This document shows positions 38,637-46,801 of a stretch of 64,000 bases of DNA, piece after piece. The first letter of the stretch is position 1. Each line of letters opens with the position of its first letter. Origin of the DNA: an uncultured Bacillota bacterium (GTDB taxonomy: Bacteria; Bacillota; Limnochordia; Limnochordales; ZCTH02-B6); the NCBI GenBank assembly GCA_937975235.1, contig CALJUZ010000131.1, positions 23,821 through 87,820 on the forward strand. Reading direction: 5' to 3'. The translations under genes were made by a program, and so were the position numbers. Under the pieces are notes generated by a model. The model was not told the origin of the DNA, searched no databases, and worked only from the letters and a program-made list of their open reading frames with translations.

Positions 38637-41114
38637 ATGCTGCTAGGAGCAATGGTGCTGCTGCTCCAGGCAGCATTTCCCTTTTTTGGGGCGGAGGCCC
38701 GCCCGGCGGCCACGCTTTCCATACAAAACACCCCGCGTCACGACAAAGTGATCATGCTGATCGTCGACACGCTGACGGTGGAGGAGCTCACCGGCGGTGC
38801 CATGCCGCACGTGCACGCGGTGGCGGGCCACGGCGCCGTCGGGCTCATGAGCACCCGCACCGGCGGACCGCACACGCCGGCGGCGGCCCACCTGACCATC
38901 GGCGCCGGCGCCCGGGCCCGGGCCGGTCCGCTCAGCGGTCTGGTCCTCGATGGGGACGAGCGCTTCCTGGGCCGCCCGGCCGCAGCCATTTTCGCGGCCC
39001 TGGCGGGCGAGCCCGCCGGAGAGGCCGCGGCCTTTTTTCTGGGCGGCGCCCAGCTGCAGGAGCTGGACGGCGGAGCCGGGGGCGGTTTTGCGCCCGGCGC
39101 GCTGGCCGGGGCCCTGGCCGCGGCCGGCGTGCAGACCGCCGCCGTGGGCAACGCCGATGCCTTTGCGCCCGGCGCCGCGCCGCCCTGGCCCGCCCACGGC
39201 CACGCCGGCGGCTTCGTGCACCCGCGCCGCCACGGGGCCCTCATCGCCATGGACGAAACCGGGCGCATCCGCCACGGCACGGTGGGACCGGGCACGCTGC
39301 TGGACGATGAAGCGTGGCCCTTCGGACTCCGCACGGACTACGACGCGCTGTGGGAAGCGCTGGCCGAGGCTTTGGACGCGGCGGACTTCATCGTCGTCGA
39401 GCTGGGCGATCTGGCCCGGCTGGACGCGTACGCCGACTGGCTGACGCCGGAGCGTCTGCGCGGCCTGCGCCGGGAGACGCTGCGGCGCATGGACGACTTT
39501 GTCGGGCGGCTGCGGACTTGGCCCGGAGCGGCCGGCGCCCTTCTGCTGCTGGTCAGCCCGTCGCCGCCGGCGGCGGCCTCGCGGCAAGGATTGTTGCTGG
39601 CGCCCATCCTGGTGGCCCCTCTAAGCGGGGCAGCGGAAAACCAGCGGGCGGGGGAAACAGAACCGACGGCAGCACACGCCGACGCGGCCCGGCGGCCGGC
39701 GGCCTCCGCGGGCAGCGGGCCGCGGCTGGTCACGTCGGCCACCACGCGCCGGGCGGGCATCGTGACCAATCTGGACGTGGCCCCCACGGTCCTGGCGGCG
39801 CTGGGCGGGGACGCCACCTCCTTTGCGGGCGCTTCCATCACCTCCGTGCCCGTGGCCGCGGCCGCGAAAGACGCACCCTACGGGGCGCCCGTCAGCGACG
39901 ATGCCTGGGCCGCGGTGCGGCACATTTACGAGCGGACGGTGCAGACCAACCGCCTGCGGGGACCGGTGGTGCGCGGCTTTATCTTGTTTTGCATCGTTGT
40001 CTTCTTGGGCTGGGCCGGCTGGATGGCGTACGCCGCGGTTTCGGGCGCACCCGGGCCTGAAAGCCGCGCGGCCCTGTGGCGGTGGGTGCTGCTGCTGCTC
40101 TCGTCGGCGCCGCTGGCCATCCTCACCTTGCCGATGGTCATCCAGGCCTTGCCGCTGTCCATGCCGGCCTCGCCGTCGCCCATCCCGGATTTGCCGCTGG
40201 CGCGCCTGTCCGGCGACGCCACGGCCACGCTCGCGCTGGGCGCGCTCGCGGCGGCCGCCGCGACCATCGCGTACGCCGCTTTTCCGCGCCGGCCCGCCGA
40301 CGCGTTCGTCGCCCTCTCGCTCATCACCGCGGCGGTGCTGGTGCTGGACGTGGCCGCGGGCGCGCGCCTCATCAAAAACTCCATTCTCGGCTACGATCCC
40401 ATCGTCGCCGCCCGGTTCTACGGCATCGGCAACGAATACATGGGCGTGCTCATCGGCACCACCCTCATCGGCACCACCGGACTGCTGGACCGCTTCAGCG
40501 GCCGGCCCGCCGCTGTGCGGGCGTGGCGCCCGGCCGTCACGCTGGCATACGCGGCGGTCATCTTCATCCTGGCCTCGCCGGGCCTGGGAGCGAACGCGGG
40601 CGGCACCGTGGCCGCGGTGGCCGGTTTCGGCACGACGCTGCTGCTGCTGTCCGGCCGCCGGTGGTCGTGGCGCACGATCCCGCTGCTGGCCGGGGCCGCG
40701 GCCCTGGTGCTGGGCGCAGCAGCGGTAATCGATCTGGCCCTGCCCGGCGGGCCGCCGTCGCACTTCGGCCGGACGCTGGCCGCGTTCCTGGACCGGGGGT
40801 GGGCGCCCGTCGCGGCCGTAGCCGCCCGCAAAGCGGCCATGAACGTGGCCCTCTTGCGCTGGACCATTTGGGCGCAAGTGTTCGTCGTCAGCCTGGCCAT
40901 CACCGCGGTGGCGCTGTATCGTCCGGGTCTCGCGGTGCGCCGGGCCGACGAAGCGCACCCGCACCTGCTGAACGGGATCCGGGGCGCGGCGGCCGGCGCA
41001 CTGGCCGCGCTGGCGGCCAACGATTCGGGCGTCGTCGCGGCCGCGACGTTGATGATTCCGGTGACGGCCGCGCTCATGTACATCTTGCTGCTCCGGCGCC
41101 AAGCCGCGGCGTAG
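38637..41114 (+). CDS. large membrane protein of unknown function: N-terminal signal/anchor, roughly 450-aa extracytoplasmic domain (possibly alkaline-phosphatase-superfamily-like), C-terminal polytopic domain with at least 10 TM segments
   Basis: Long uninterrupted ORF with GC-rich third codon positions. Hydrophobic N-terminus MLLGAMVLLLQAAF. IMLIVDTLTVEEL resembles the first metal-ligand strand of AlkP-fold enzymes (weak). Many TM segments after about residue 470 (e.g. GFILFCIVVFLGWAGWMAYAAV). ARFYGIGNEYMGVLIG motif. The start is uncertain (38637 or 38652). Confidence 0.6.
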   Translation: MLLGAMVLLLQAAFPFFGAEARPAATLSIQNTPRHDKVIMLIVDTLTVEELTGGAMPHVHAVAGHGAVGLMSTRTGGPHTPAAAHLTIGAGARARAGPLSGLVLDGDERFLGRPAAAIFAALAGEPAGEAAAFFLGGAQLQELDGGAGGGFAPGALAGALAAAGVQTAAVGNADAFAPGAAPPWPAHGHAGGFVHPRRHGALIAMDETGRIRHGTVGPGTLLDDEAWPFGLRTDYDALWEALAEALDAADFIVVELGDLARLDAYADWLTPERLRGLRRETLRRMDDFVGRLRTWPGAAGALLLLVSPSPPAAASRQGLLLAPILVAPLSGAAENQRAGETEPTAAHADAARRPAASAGSGPRLVTSATTRRAGIVTNLDVAPTVLAALGGDATSFAGASITSVPVAAAAKDAPYGAPVSDDAWAAVRHIYERTVQTNRLRGPVVRGFILFCIVVFLGWAGWMAYAAVSGAPGPESRAALWRWVLLLLSSAPLAILTLPMVIQALPLSMPASPSPIPDLPLARLSGDATATLALGALAAAAATIAYAAFPRRPADAFVALSLITAAVLVLDVAAGARLIKNSILGYDPIVAARFYGIGNEYMGVLIGTTLIGTTGLLDRFSGRPAAVRAWRPAVTLAYAAVIFILASPGLGANAGGTVAAVAGFGTTLLLLSGRRWSWRTIPLLAGAAALVLGAAAVIDLALPGGPPSHFGRTLAAFLDRGWAPVAAVAARKAAMNVALLRWTIWAQVFVVSLAITAVALYRPGLAVRRADEAHPHLLNGIRGAAAGALAALAANDSGVVAAATLMIPVTAALMYILLLRRQAAA

Positions 41115-41143
41115 GCCATGCGCCCGCCAAAAAGAGTGAAACT

Positions 41144-41173
41144 TTGCTCCTATGCTTCGTTTCCTGATATACT
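41144..41173 (+). promoter_or_regulatory. candidate promoter of the Cys-rich gene
   Basis: TTGCTC (41144-49), 18-nt spacer, TATACT (41168-73). Confidence 0.4.
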
Positions 41174-41212
41174 GGGTCCGAACCCGAACCGGTCGGTCAA
41201 GGGGGCTCATTC

Positions 41213-41689
41213 ATGGCGTCAGCCGATTACATAAACACGGCGTCGGCGTACCAGCCGAGGCCGGGCGACATCGTCAGCCGCTGCGGGCTTTTGTGCAACA
41301 CATGCTCCGCCTACATCGCCGGCGCTTGTCCCGGCTGCCCCAGCCTGGAGACGGGCGAGTGCGTCATCCGGGACTGCGCCGAGCTGAAAGGCACCAGCTG
41401 CCTGGACTGCCAGGCCGACTCCTGCTACCACTTCGAGGCGTACGTCTGGCGGCGCAAAACGATGAATGCCGTGGCGAAACGGTTTTTCCGCCTGACACGG
41501 CAGGGAGGCGCCGCCGCGGCGGGTGCGGCGGGCGCGGCCGCTGCGGGGCGTGCGGCCGGTGCTTGCGGCACCGGCGGGTGCGGCGGATGCGGCACGGGCG
41601 GCGGCAGCACAGGCGGCTGCGGCGGCTGCAGCCTCAAGAACGGCGGCTGTCCCGCGGCCCGGTGGGCGGAAACGCTCGCGGCAGTGTAA
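41213..41689 (+). CDS. Cys-rich protein: DUF3795-like N-terminal domain plus Ala/Gly/Cys-rich C-terminal tail
   Basis: CGLLCNTCSAYIAGACPGCPSLETGECVIRDCAELKGTSCLDCQADSCYHFE fits the DUF3795 Cys pattern. The tail is GACGTGGCGGCGTGGGSTGGCGGCSLKNGGCPA. ATG lies 7 nt after GGGGG. The 3' end overlaps the convergent pheA tail by 56 nt. Confidence 0.6.
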   Translation: MASADYINTASAYQPRPGDIVSRCGLLCNTCSAYIAGACPGCPSLETGECVIRDCAELKGTSCLDCQADSCYHFEAYVWRRKTMNAVAKRFFRLTRQGGAAAAGAAGAAAAGRAAGACGTGGCGGCGTGGGSTGGCGGCSLKNGGCPAARWAETLAAV

Positions 41690-42764
41690 CCCCGGCGTAG
41701 TCGGCCTTCGGATACGAGCCGAGCACTTTCATGTACGCGCAGCGGCGCGCCAGCGCGTCCAGCGCCTCCGCCACCCGCGCGTCCAGCGCGTGCCCGTCCA
41801 GGTCCGCGAAGAACAAGTAGTGTCCCAGCGCGCGCTTGGTGGGCCGCGACTCCAGCTTGCTCAAGTTGATGCCCCGGTTGGCGAACTCGCCCAAGGCGTG
41901 GTACAGGTTGCCGGGCGCGTCGACGGCAAAGCCGAAGACGATGGTCGTTTTGTCCCGGCCCGTCGGGCTTGTGGCGACGGCGAAACGCTCGTCCGGCGCG
42001 GCACCCGAAAGGTCCGCCCCGGCACCCGACGGGCCCGCCCCGGCGCTTGGTGGGGCAGCGCTTTTCTTCACGACAAAAAACCGGGTCGCGTTGTCCGACG
42101 CGTCCTGAATGTCTTGGGCCGCCACGGCCAAACCGTACAGCTCGGCCGACAGCTCGGTGCCCACGGCGGCCATGGTCCCGGGAGCGGCCTGCGCGACTTC
42201 CCGGGCCGCGGCGGCGGTGCTGAGGGCGGGCCGCAGCTCGGCGCCGGGAAAGTGCTGCTGCAAGTAGCGCCGGCACTGCGCCAGCGCCTGGGGATGGGAC
42301 ACGACGATCTTCACCGAGCGGCGCGCCGCTTCCAGAAGCCCGCTGCCGGGCTTCCCTTGCTCGTCGGCCGCGGCCCCTTCGCCCGGCGGGCGCACCAGCA
42401 AGTGATGCCTCACGGGAATGACAATCTCGCCGACGATCGTCAGGTCCACTTCGTGCACAAACATGTCCAGCGTGACGACGACGGTGCCCTCGATGGCGTT
42501 TTCCGCGGGCACGACGCCCACCGCGACCCGGCCGCGGTCCACCGCCGCCAGAAGCTCCGGAATGTCCCGAAACGGCACCAGCTCCGCCGTCGCCGCCGCC
42601 GAGGGGCCTTGGGCGCCGCTGCCTATGCCCCCGCCGGTGCCGCCGACGGCCGCCGCCGACGGATGAAGACCCGACACCTTTGCGGCGTAATCCCGCGCCG
42701 CCTGTTCGCTGAACGTCCCCGCCGGCCCGAGATAACCGACGGCGTATGTCTGCGAGCCTTCCAC
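41634..42764 (-). CDS. pheA: prephenate dehydratase (PDT + ACT domains) with low-complexity insertions
   Basis: VGYLGPAGTFSEQAA...VVPAENAIEGTV...SHPQALAQCRRYL...TRFFVV...GNLYHALGEFANRGINLSKLESRPTK...YLFFADLDGH...KVLGSYP. GTG 42764 lies 6 nt after GGGGTG (the ORF-track start at 42773 is also possible). Confidence 0.9.
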   Translation of the reverse strand: MEGSQTYAVGYLGPAGTFSEQAARDYAAKVSGLHPSAAAVGGTGGGIGSGAQGPSAAATAELVPFRDIPELLAAVDRGRVAVGVVPAENAIEGTVVVTLDMFVHEVDLTIVGEIVIPVRHHLLVRPPGEGAAADEQGKPGSGLLEAARRSVKIVVSHPQALAQCRRYLQQHFPGAELRPALSTAAAAREVAQAAPGTMAAVGTELSAELYGLAVAAQDIQDASDNATRFFVVKKSAAPPSAGAGPSGAGADLSGAAPDERFAVATSPTGRDKTTIVFGFAVDAPGNLYHALGEFANRGINLSKLESRPTKRALGHYLFFADLDGHALDARVAEALDALARRCAYMKVLGSYPKADYAGVTLPRAFPPTGPRDSRRS

Positions 42765-42861
42765 GTGCGTCACCCCTGGTGCAGCAGCAAATCCAGTGCG
42801 CCATCAAACGCTCTGCGCAATCAAACGTTCCGCGTTCTTAATGAAACGCCGGCGTGGTTGG

Positions 42862-42933
42862 TTACTGGAACGAGCACCCTTGCTGGAACGTGGGCCGTTG
42901 CTAGAACGCGGGCCCTTGCTGGACCCTCGACAA
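42862..42933. repeat. 4 x 18-bp head-to-tail tandem repeat
   Basis: Units are TTACTGGAACGAGCACCC, TTGCTGGAACGTGGGCCG, TTGCTAGAACGCGGGCCC and TTGCTGGACCCTCGACAA. Looser AAACG-containing copies lie at 42804-42861. Confidence 0.85.
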
Positions 42934-42977
42934 GCGACGGCGTGTACATACATCCGCGTTCCGTACAACGACCGAGT

Positions 42978-43266
42978 GGTCAGGCCACTGGACCGCACTT
43001 TTGCAACGCCGCCGCGAGGACGACGCGTTCGCAAACGCTGTTCCGGAGCCCGTTTTGACCGATTCGCCATGGAGGCGAAACGTCCTTGCGCCTGGTCCGG
43101 TGGTCGGACCGGATTTCGGGGTATGCGCAAATTGGTCCGGCCACTGGACCAGACGCTCGAACGTGGGCGCGGAGCGCCTGAGCAGCGGAAACGCCGTCGC
43201 AGCCGCCGTTTCCGCCGTTAGCCCCGGGCAAGCCGCATGCCGGCAAAGTGGTCCGGTGGTCGGACC
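42978..43266. repeat. two diverged 156-bp tandem units, each bounded by inverted 17-nt palindromic motifs (REP/BIME- or MITE-like)
   Basis: GGTCAGGCCACTGGACC (42978-94) and GGTCCGGCCACTGGACC (43134-50) are in one orientation. GGTCCGGTGGTCGGACC (43094-110 and 43250-66) is in the inverse orientation. Both internal segments are exactly 99 nt. Confidence 0.8.
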
Positions 43267-43311
43267 AAACGCGCGATCGGCAAACGCGCGCATATGACTC
43301 CCGCGCGACGG

Positions 43312-43355
43312 CCGAACAAACAACGCCTTGCAGGCAAGGCTTGCCGCCCGCAAGG
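43312..43355 (-). terminator. candidate gcv-operon terminator within overlapping palindromes
   Basis: Minus strand reads CCTTGCgggcgGCAAG, then GCCTTGC-ct-GCAAGGC, followed by GTTGTTTGTT. The four GCAAG/CTTGC segments allow mutually exclusive pairings. Confidence 0.4.
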
Positions 43356-43467
43356 CGCTGCGTCAGCCAAGACGGAGAGGGCAGCAGGGCTGCGGGGCCA
43401 CGAAGCAGTGTGGCAGCGGGCGCGCGAAGCCGCCGGGGCCGCCGGGGCCACGGGGCCGGGGAGCGCC

Positions 43468-44973
43468 TTACTCCCCGGCGGCGCCTTCCACCGGCGGGCA
43501 CCAGCACAAGTTGGGCTGGCGAGCCGCCCGGGCCTCGTCCAGCCGGCGCACCGGCGTGTTGTGGGGCGCGTTGCGCACCAGATCCGGATCTTCCTCGATC
43601 TCCCGCACGATCCGGAGCATGATGTCGACGAACTCGTCCAGCGTCTCCTTGCTCTCGGTCTCCGTGGGCTCGATCATGATGGCCTCGTCGACGATGAGCG
43701 GGAAGTAGATGGTGGGCGCGTGGACGCCGTAGTCCAAAAGGCGCTTGGCGATGTCCAGCGTGCGCACGCCCTGCTTCTTCTGGCGCACGCCCGACAGCAC
43801 GAACTCGTGCATGCAGTGGCGGTCGTAAGGCAGCTCGAAGTGGCCGGCCAGCCGCCGCATCAAATAGTTGGCATTGATGACGGCCCGCTCGCTGACGCGG
43901 CGCAGGCCCTCCGGCCCGTGGGTGCGGATGTACGTGTACGCCCGCACCAGCATGCCGAAGTTGCCGTAAAACGCCTTGATGCGGCCGACGGCGTCGGGAC
44001 GGTCGTAGTCGAGATAGAAGCGGTCGCCGTCCTTCTCCACCATGGGCACCGGCAAAAACCGCACCAGATCCTCCCGCACCGCGATGGGCCCCGCGCCGGG
44101 CCCGCCGCCGCCGTGGGGCGTGGAGAATGTCTTGTGCAGGTTGAAGTGCACGATGTCGAAGCCCATATCGCCGGGCCGGGCCCGGCCCAAAATCGCGTTG
44201 GCGTTGGCGCCGTCGTAGTACAAAAGCCCGCCCGCCTCGTGCACGATGTGCGCGATCTCGAGGATGTCCTCCTCGAACAAGCCCAGCGTGTTGGGGTTGG
44301 TCAGCATGAGGCCCGCGGTGTTGGGCCCGACCAACGCCCGCAGCTGCTCCACGTCCACGCTGCCCCGCTCGTTGGAGCCCACCTGCACCACTTTGTAGCC
44401 GCACATGGCCGCGCTGGCCGGATTCGTGCCGTGGGCCGAGTCGGGCACGATGACCTCCACCCGGTGGTGGTCGCCCCGGCTCTCATGGTATGCCTTCATC
44501 ACCATGAGGCCCAGCAGCTCCCCGTGGGCGCCCGCGGCGGGTTGCAGCGTCGCGCGGCTCAGCCCCGCGATTTCGCACAAGTACTTCTCCAGGTTGTACA
44601 TGAGCTCCAGGGCGCCTTGCACCGTCTCCTCGGGCTGGTACGGATGGACGTGCGCGAAGCCCGGCAGCGACGCCATGAGCTCGTTCACTTTCGGGTTGTA
44701 CTTCATCGTGCACGAGCCCAGCGGGTAAAAGCCCACGTCCACGCCGTAGTTGCGGCGGGACAGCGCGATGAAGTGCCGCACCGCCTCCAGCTCGCTGACC
44801 TCGGGCAGCGGCGCGTCCTGCTGCCGCTGGTGCTCCGGCGGGATCAGCTCGTCCAGCGGCAGCTCGTCTACGTCCAGCTCCGGCAGGCGATACCCGCGCC
44901 GGCCCGGCGCTCCCTTTTCGAAAATGAGCGGCACGCTGCCTTCCAAGTGATAGCCGCTGATGGCCCGGGTCAT
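43468..44973 (-). CDS. gcvPB: glycine dehydrogenase (decarboxylating) subunit 2
   Basis: [28 protein letters not shown]...[14 protein letters not shown]...[21 protein letters not shown] 44973 overlaps the gcvPA stop (ATGA), with GGAGGG RBS. The 801-aa ORF-track entry is an extension. Confidence 0.95.
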   Translation of the reverse strand: MTRAISGYHLEGSVPLIFEKGAPGRRGYRLPELDVDELPLDELIPPEHQRQQDAPLPEVSELEAVRHFIALSRRNYGVDVGFYPLGSCTMKYNPKVNELMASLPGFAHVHPYQPEETVQGALELMYNLEKYLCEIAGLSRATLQPAAGAHGELLGLMVMKAYHESRGDHHRVEVIVPDSAHGTNPASAAMCGYKVVQVGSNERGSVDVEQLRALVGPNTAGLMLTNPNTLGLFEEDILEIAHIVHEAGGLLYYDGANANAILGRARPGDMGFDIVHFNLHKTFSTPHGGGGPGAGPIAVREDLVRFLPVPMVEKDGDRFYLDYDRPDAVGRIKAFYGNFGMLVRAYTYIRTHGPEGLRRVSERAVINANYLMRRLAGHFELPYDRHCMHEFVLSGVRQKKQGVRTLDIAKRLLDYGVHAPTIYFPLIVDEAIMIEPTETESKETLDEFVDIMLRIVREIEEDPDLVRNAPHNTPVRRLDEARAARQPNLCWCPPVEGAAGE

Positions 44974-46313
44974 GTCAATCCCTCCAGTGCCGCCACGAGC
45001 CGGTCGATTTCTTCCTTCGTGCGGGCTTCGGTGACGCAGAACAAAATCGCGTCGGACAGCTCCGGGTAGAAGCGGCCCAGCGGCAGCCCGCCGATGATCT
45101 GATAGTCCAGCAGCCGCTGCACCAGCTCCTCGGGGTCGGCGCTGGTGCGCACGACGAACTCGTGGAAGAAGGGCCGCTCCCACGCCGCGCTGAAGCCCGG
45201 CAGCGCGGTGATGGCCCGCTGCGCGTAATGCGCCTTCTGCAGCGACTGATACGCCACGTCCTTCACGCCCTGCTTGCCCAGCAGCGTCAGGTACACGGCC
45301 GCGGTCAGGGCGTTCAGGCCCTGGTTCGTGCAGATGTTGGACGTGGCCCGCTCGCGGCGGATGTGCTGCTCCCGGGTCTGCAGGGTCAGCACGTAGCCGG
45401 TGTTGCCGTCTTTGTCCACCGTCGCGCCGACGATGCGGCCCGGAATGCGCCGCACCAGCTCGTCCCGGGCGGCGAAAAAGCCCAGGTACGGGCCGCCGAA
45501 GCTGAGGGGATTGCCCAAAGGCTGCCCTTCGCCCACCGCGAGGTGCGCGCCGTAGGCGCCCGGCGCCTCCAACACGCCCAGCGTCAAAGGATCGGCAATG
45601 GCCGCGATGAGCAGCGCGCCGTGCTTTTCCGCCAGCCGGCCGAAGCCGCGGGTGTCCTCCAGGACGCCGAAAAAGTTGGGCTGCTGCACGACCACGGCCG
45701 CGACGGTGTCGTCCACCATCTCCGCCAGCGTTTCCATGTCGGTGGCGCCGTCTTTGTACGGCACCTCCACCACTTCCAGGTTCTGATGGCGCAAATACGT
45801 GTGCACCACCTGGCGGTACTCGGGATGCACCGTCTGCGGGATCAGCACTTTCTCCCGCCGGGTTTGGTTGCACGCGACCAGCGCCGCCTCGGCCAGGGCC
45901 GTCGCGCCGTCGTAGATGGACGCGTTGGCCATGTCCATGCCCGTCAGCTGGGCGATGAGCGTCTGGTACTCGTAGGTGGCCTGGAGCACGCCTTGCGTAA
46001 TCTCCGGCTGGTACGGCGTATACGACGTGTAAAACTCCGAGCGGGAGACCAGCTGCGGCACGGCCGCGGGGATCAGGTGGTCGTACGCGCCCGCGCCCAA
46101 AAAGCAGGCGTATTGGGTGACGTCCGCGTTTTTCGCCGCGAGGGCGCCCACGTGCCGGCGCACCTCCGCCTCGGCCATCCCTTTCGGCAGGTTCAGCGGC
46201 CGGGTCAGGCGGATGGATTCGGGTATGTCCGCGAACAGCTCATCCGCCGACTCCACGCCGATCACTTTCAGCATTGCCTGCTTGTCCGCCTCGGTCATAG
46301 ACGTGTAAGGCAA
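44970..46313 (-). CDS. gcvPA: glycine dehydrogenase (decarboxylating) subunit 1
   Basis: [19 protein letters not shown]...FLGAGAYDH...[20 protein letters not shown] start 8 nt after AGGAGG. Confidence 0.95.
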   Translation of the reverse strand: MPYTSMTEADKQAMLKVIGVESADELFADIPESIRLTRPLNLPKGMAEAEVRRHVGALAAKNADVTQYACFLGAGAYDHLIPAAVPQLVSRSEFYTSYTPYQPEITQGVLQATYEYQTLIAQLTGMDMANASIYDGATALAEAALVACNQTRREKVLIPQTVHPEYRQVVHTYLRHQNLEVVEVPYKDGATDMETLAEMVDDTVAAVVVQQPNFFGVLEDTRGFGRLAEKHGALLIAAIADPLTLGVLEAPGAYGAHLAVGEGQPLGNPLSFGGPYLGFFAARDELVRRIPGRIVGATVDKDGNTGYVLTLQTREQHIRRERATSNICTNQGLNALTAAVYLTLLGKQGVKDVAYQSLQKAHYAQRAITALPGFSAAWERPFFHEFVVRTSADPEELVQRLLDYQIIGGLPLGRFYPELSDAILFCVTEARTKEEIDRLVAALEGLT

Positions 46314-46340
46314 CGCGACATCCTCCTTTCAGCGGGAGGC

Positions 46341-46718
46341 TCAGCCTTCCACCATCTTTCTGTAGCCTTCCGCATCCAGCAGACCGTCCAGTTCGGACGG
46401 GTCGTCCATCTCGAACACGGCGATCCAGCCTTCGCCGTACGGGTCTTCATTGATGAGTTCGGGCCGGTCCGCCAGAGCCTCGTTGACCTCCACGACGCGG
46501 CCGCTGACCGGCGCGAAGATGTCGGACACGGCTTTCACCGACTCCACGGCCGCAAACGCTTCGCCGGCCTGGAACGTGCTGCCCGGCTCCGGCAAGTCCA
46601 CGAAGACCACGTCGCCCAGCTCTTCCTGCGCGTAATGGGTGATGCCGATGCGGGCCCGTCCGTTTTCGCGCCGCACCCACTCGTGTTCCTTGTTGTAACG
46701 CAGATCCTCCGGATACAT
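46341..46718 (-). CDS. gcvH: glycine cleavage system protein H
   Basis: LRYNKEHEWVRRENGRARIGITHYAQEELGDVVFVDLPEPG...AVESVKAVSDIFAPVSG (lipoyl-Lys motif). ATG 46718 lies 6 nt after GGAGGAGG. Confidence 0.95.
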   Translation of the reverse strand: MYPEDLRYNKEHEWVRRENGRARIGITHYAQEELGDVVFVDLPEPGSTFQAGEAFAAVESVKAVSDIFAPVSGRVVEVNEALADRPELINEDPYGEGWIAVFEMDDPSELDGLLDAEGYRKMVEG

Positions 46719-46801
46719 GGAAGGCCTCCTCCTTGGCACTGCCGTTTTCTATGGCACCGGACCCGGTCCGGCCGAAGTCCCGGCCGGCCGCGCCGCGGCC
46801 G

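Noticed and set aside
42796-43221. 141-aa plus-strand ORF through the repeat island (…LLERAPLLERGPLLERGPLLD…)
   Set aside because: The hexapeptide repeats merely reflect the 18-bp DNA repeats. Third-position GC is far lower than in neighbouring genes. The composition is Arg-rich nonsense, no RBS is present, and the ORF runs antisense into nothing. It is treated as non-coding.
42978-43266. CRISPR array interpretation of the recurring 17-nt palindromes
   Set aside because: There are only four copies, they are in alternating (not uniform) orientation, and spacer lengths are unequal (99 and 23 nt). The spacers are themselves homologous to each other. No cas genes are in the window.
42774-43320. 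T-box leader or Phe leader-peptide attenuator upstream of pheA
   Set aside because: On the pheA-sense strand I find no T-box consensus (…GGGUGGNACCGCG…). The GGTGGT inside the hairpin motif is on the wrong strand and in the wrong context. There is no specifier-loop/terminator arrangement and no Phe-codon-rich mini-ORF.
43425-43460. Triple GGGGCC repeat (GGGGCCgccGGGGCCacGGGGCCgGGG) right after the gcvPB stop as a G-quadruplex or terminator
   Set aside because: There is no U-tract and only short G-runs. Such G/C-rich periodicities are common by chance in this composition. It is noted but not called.
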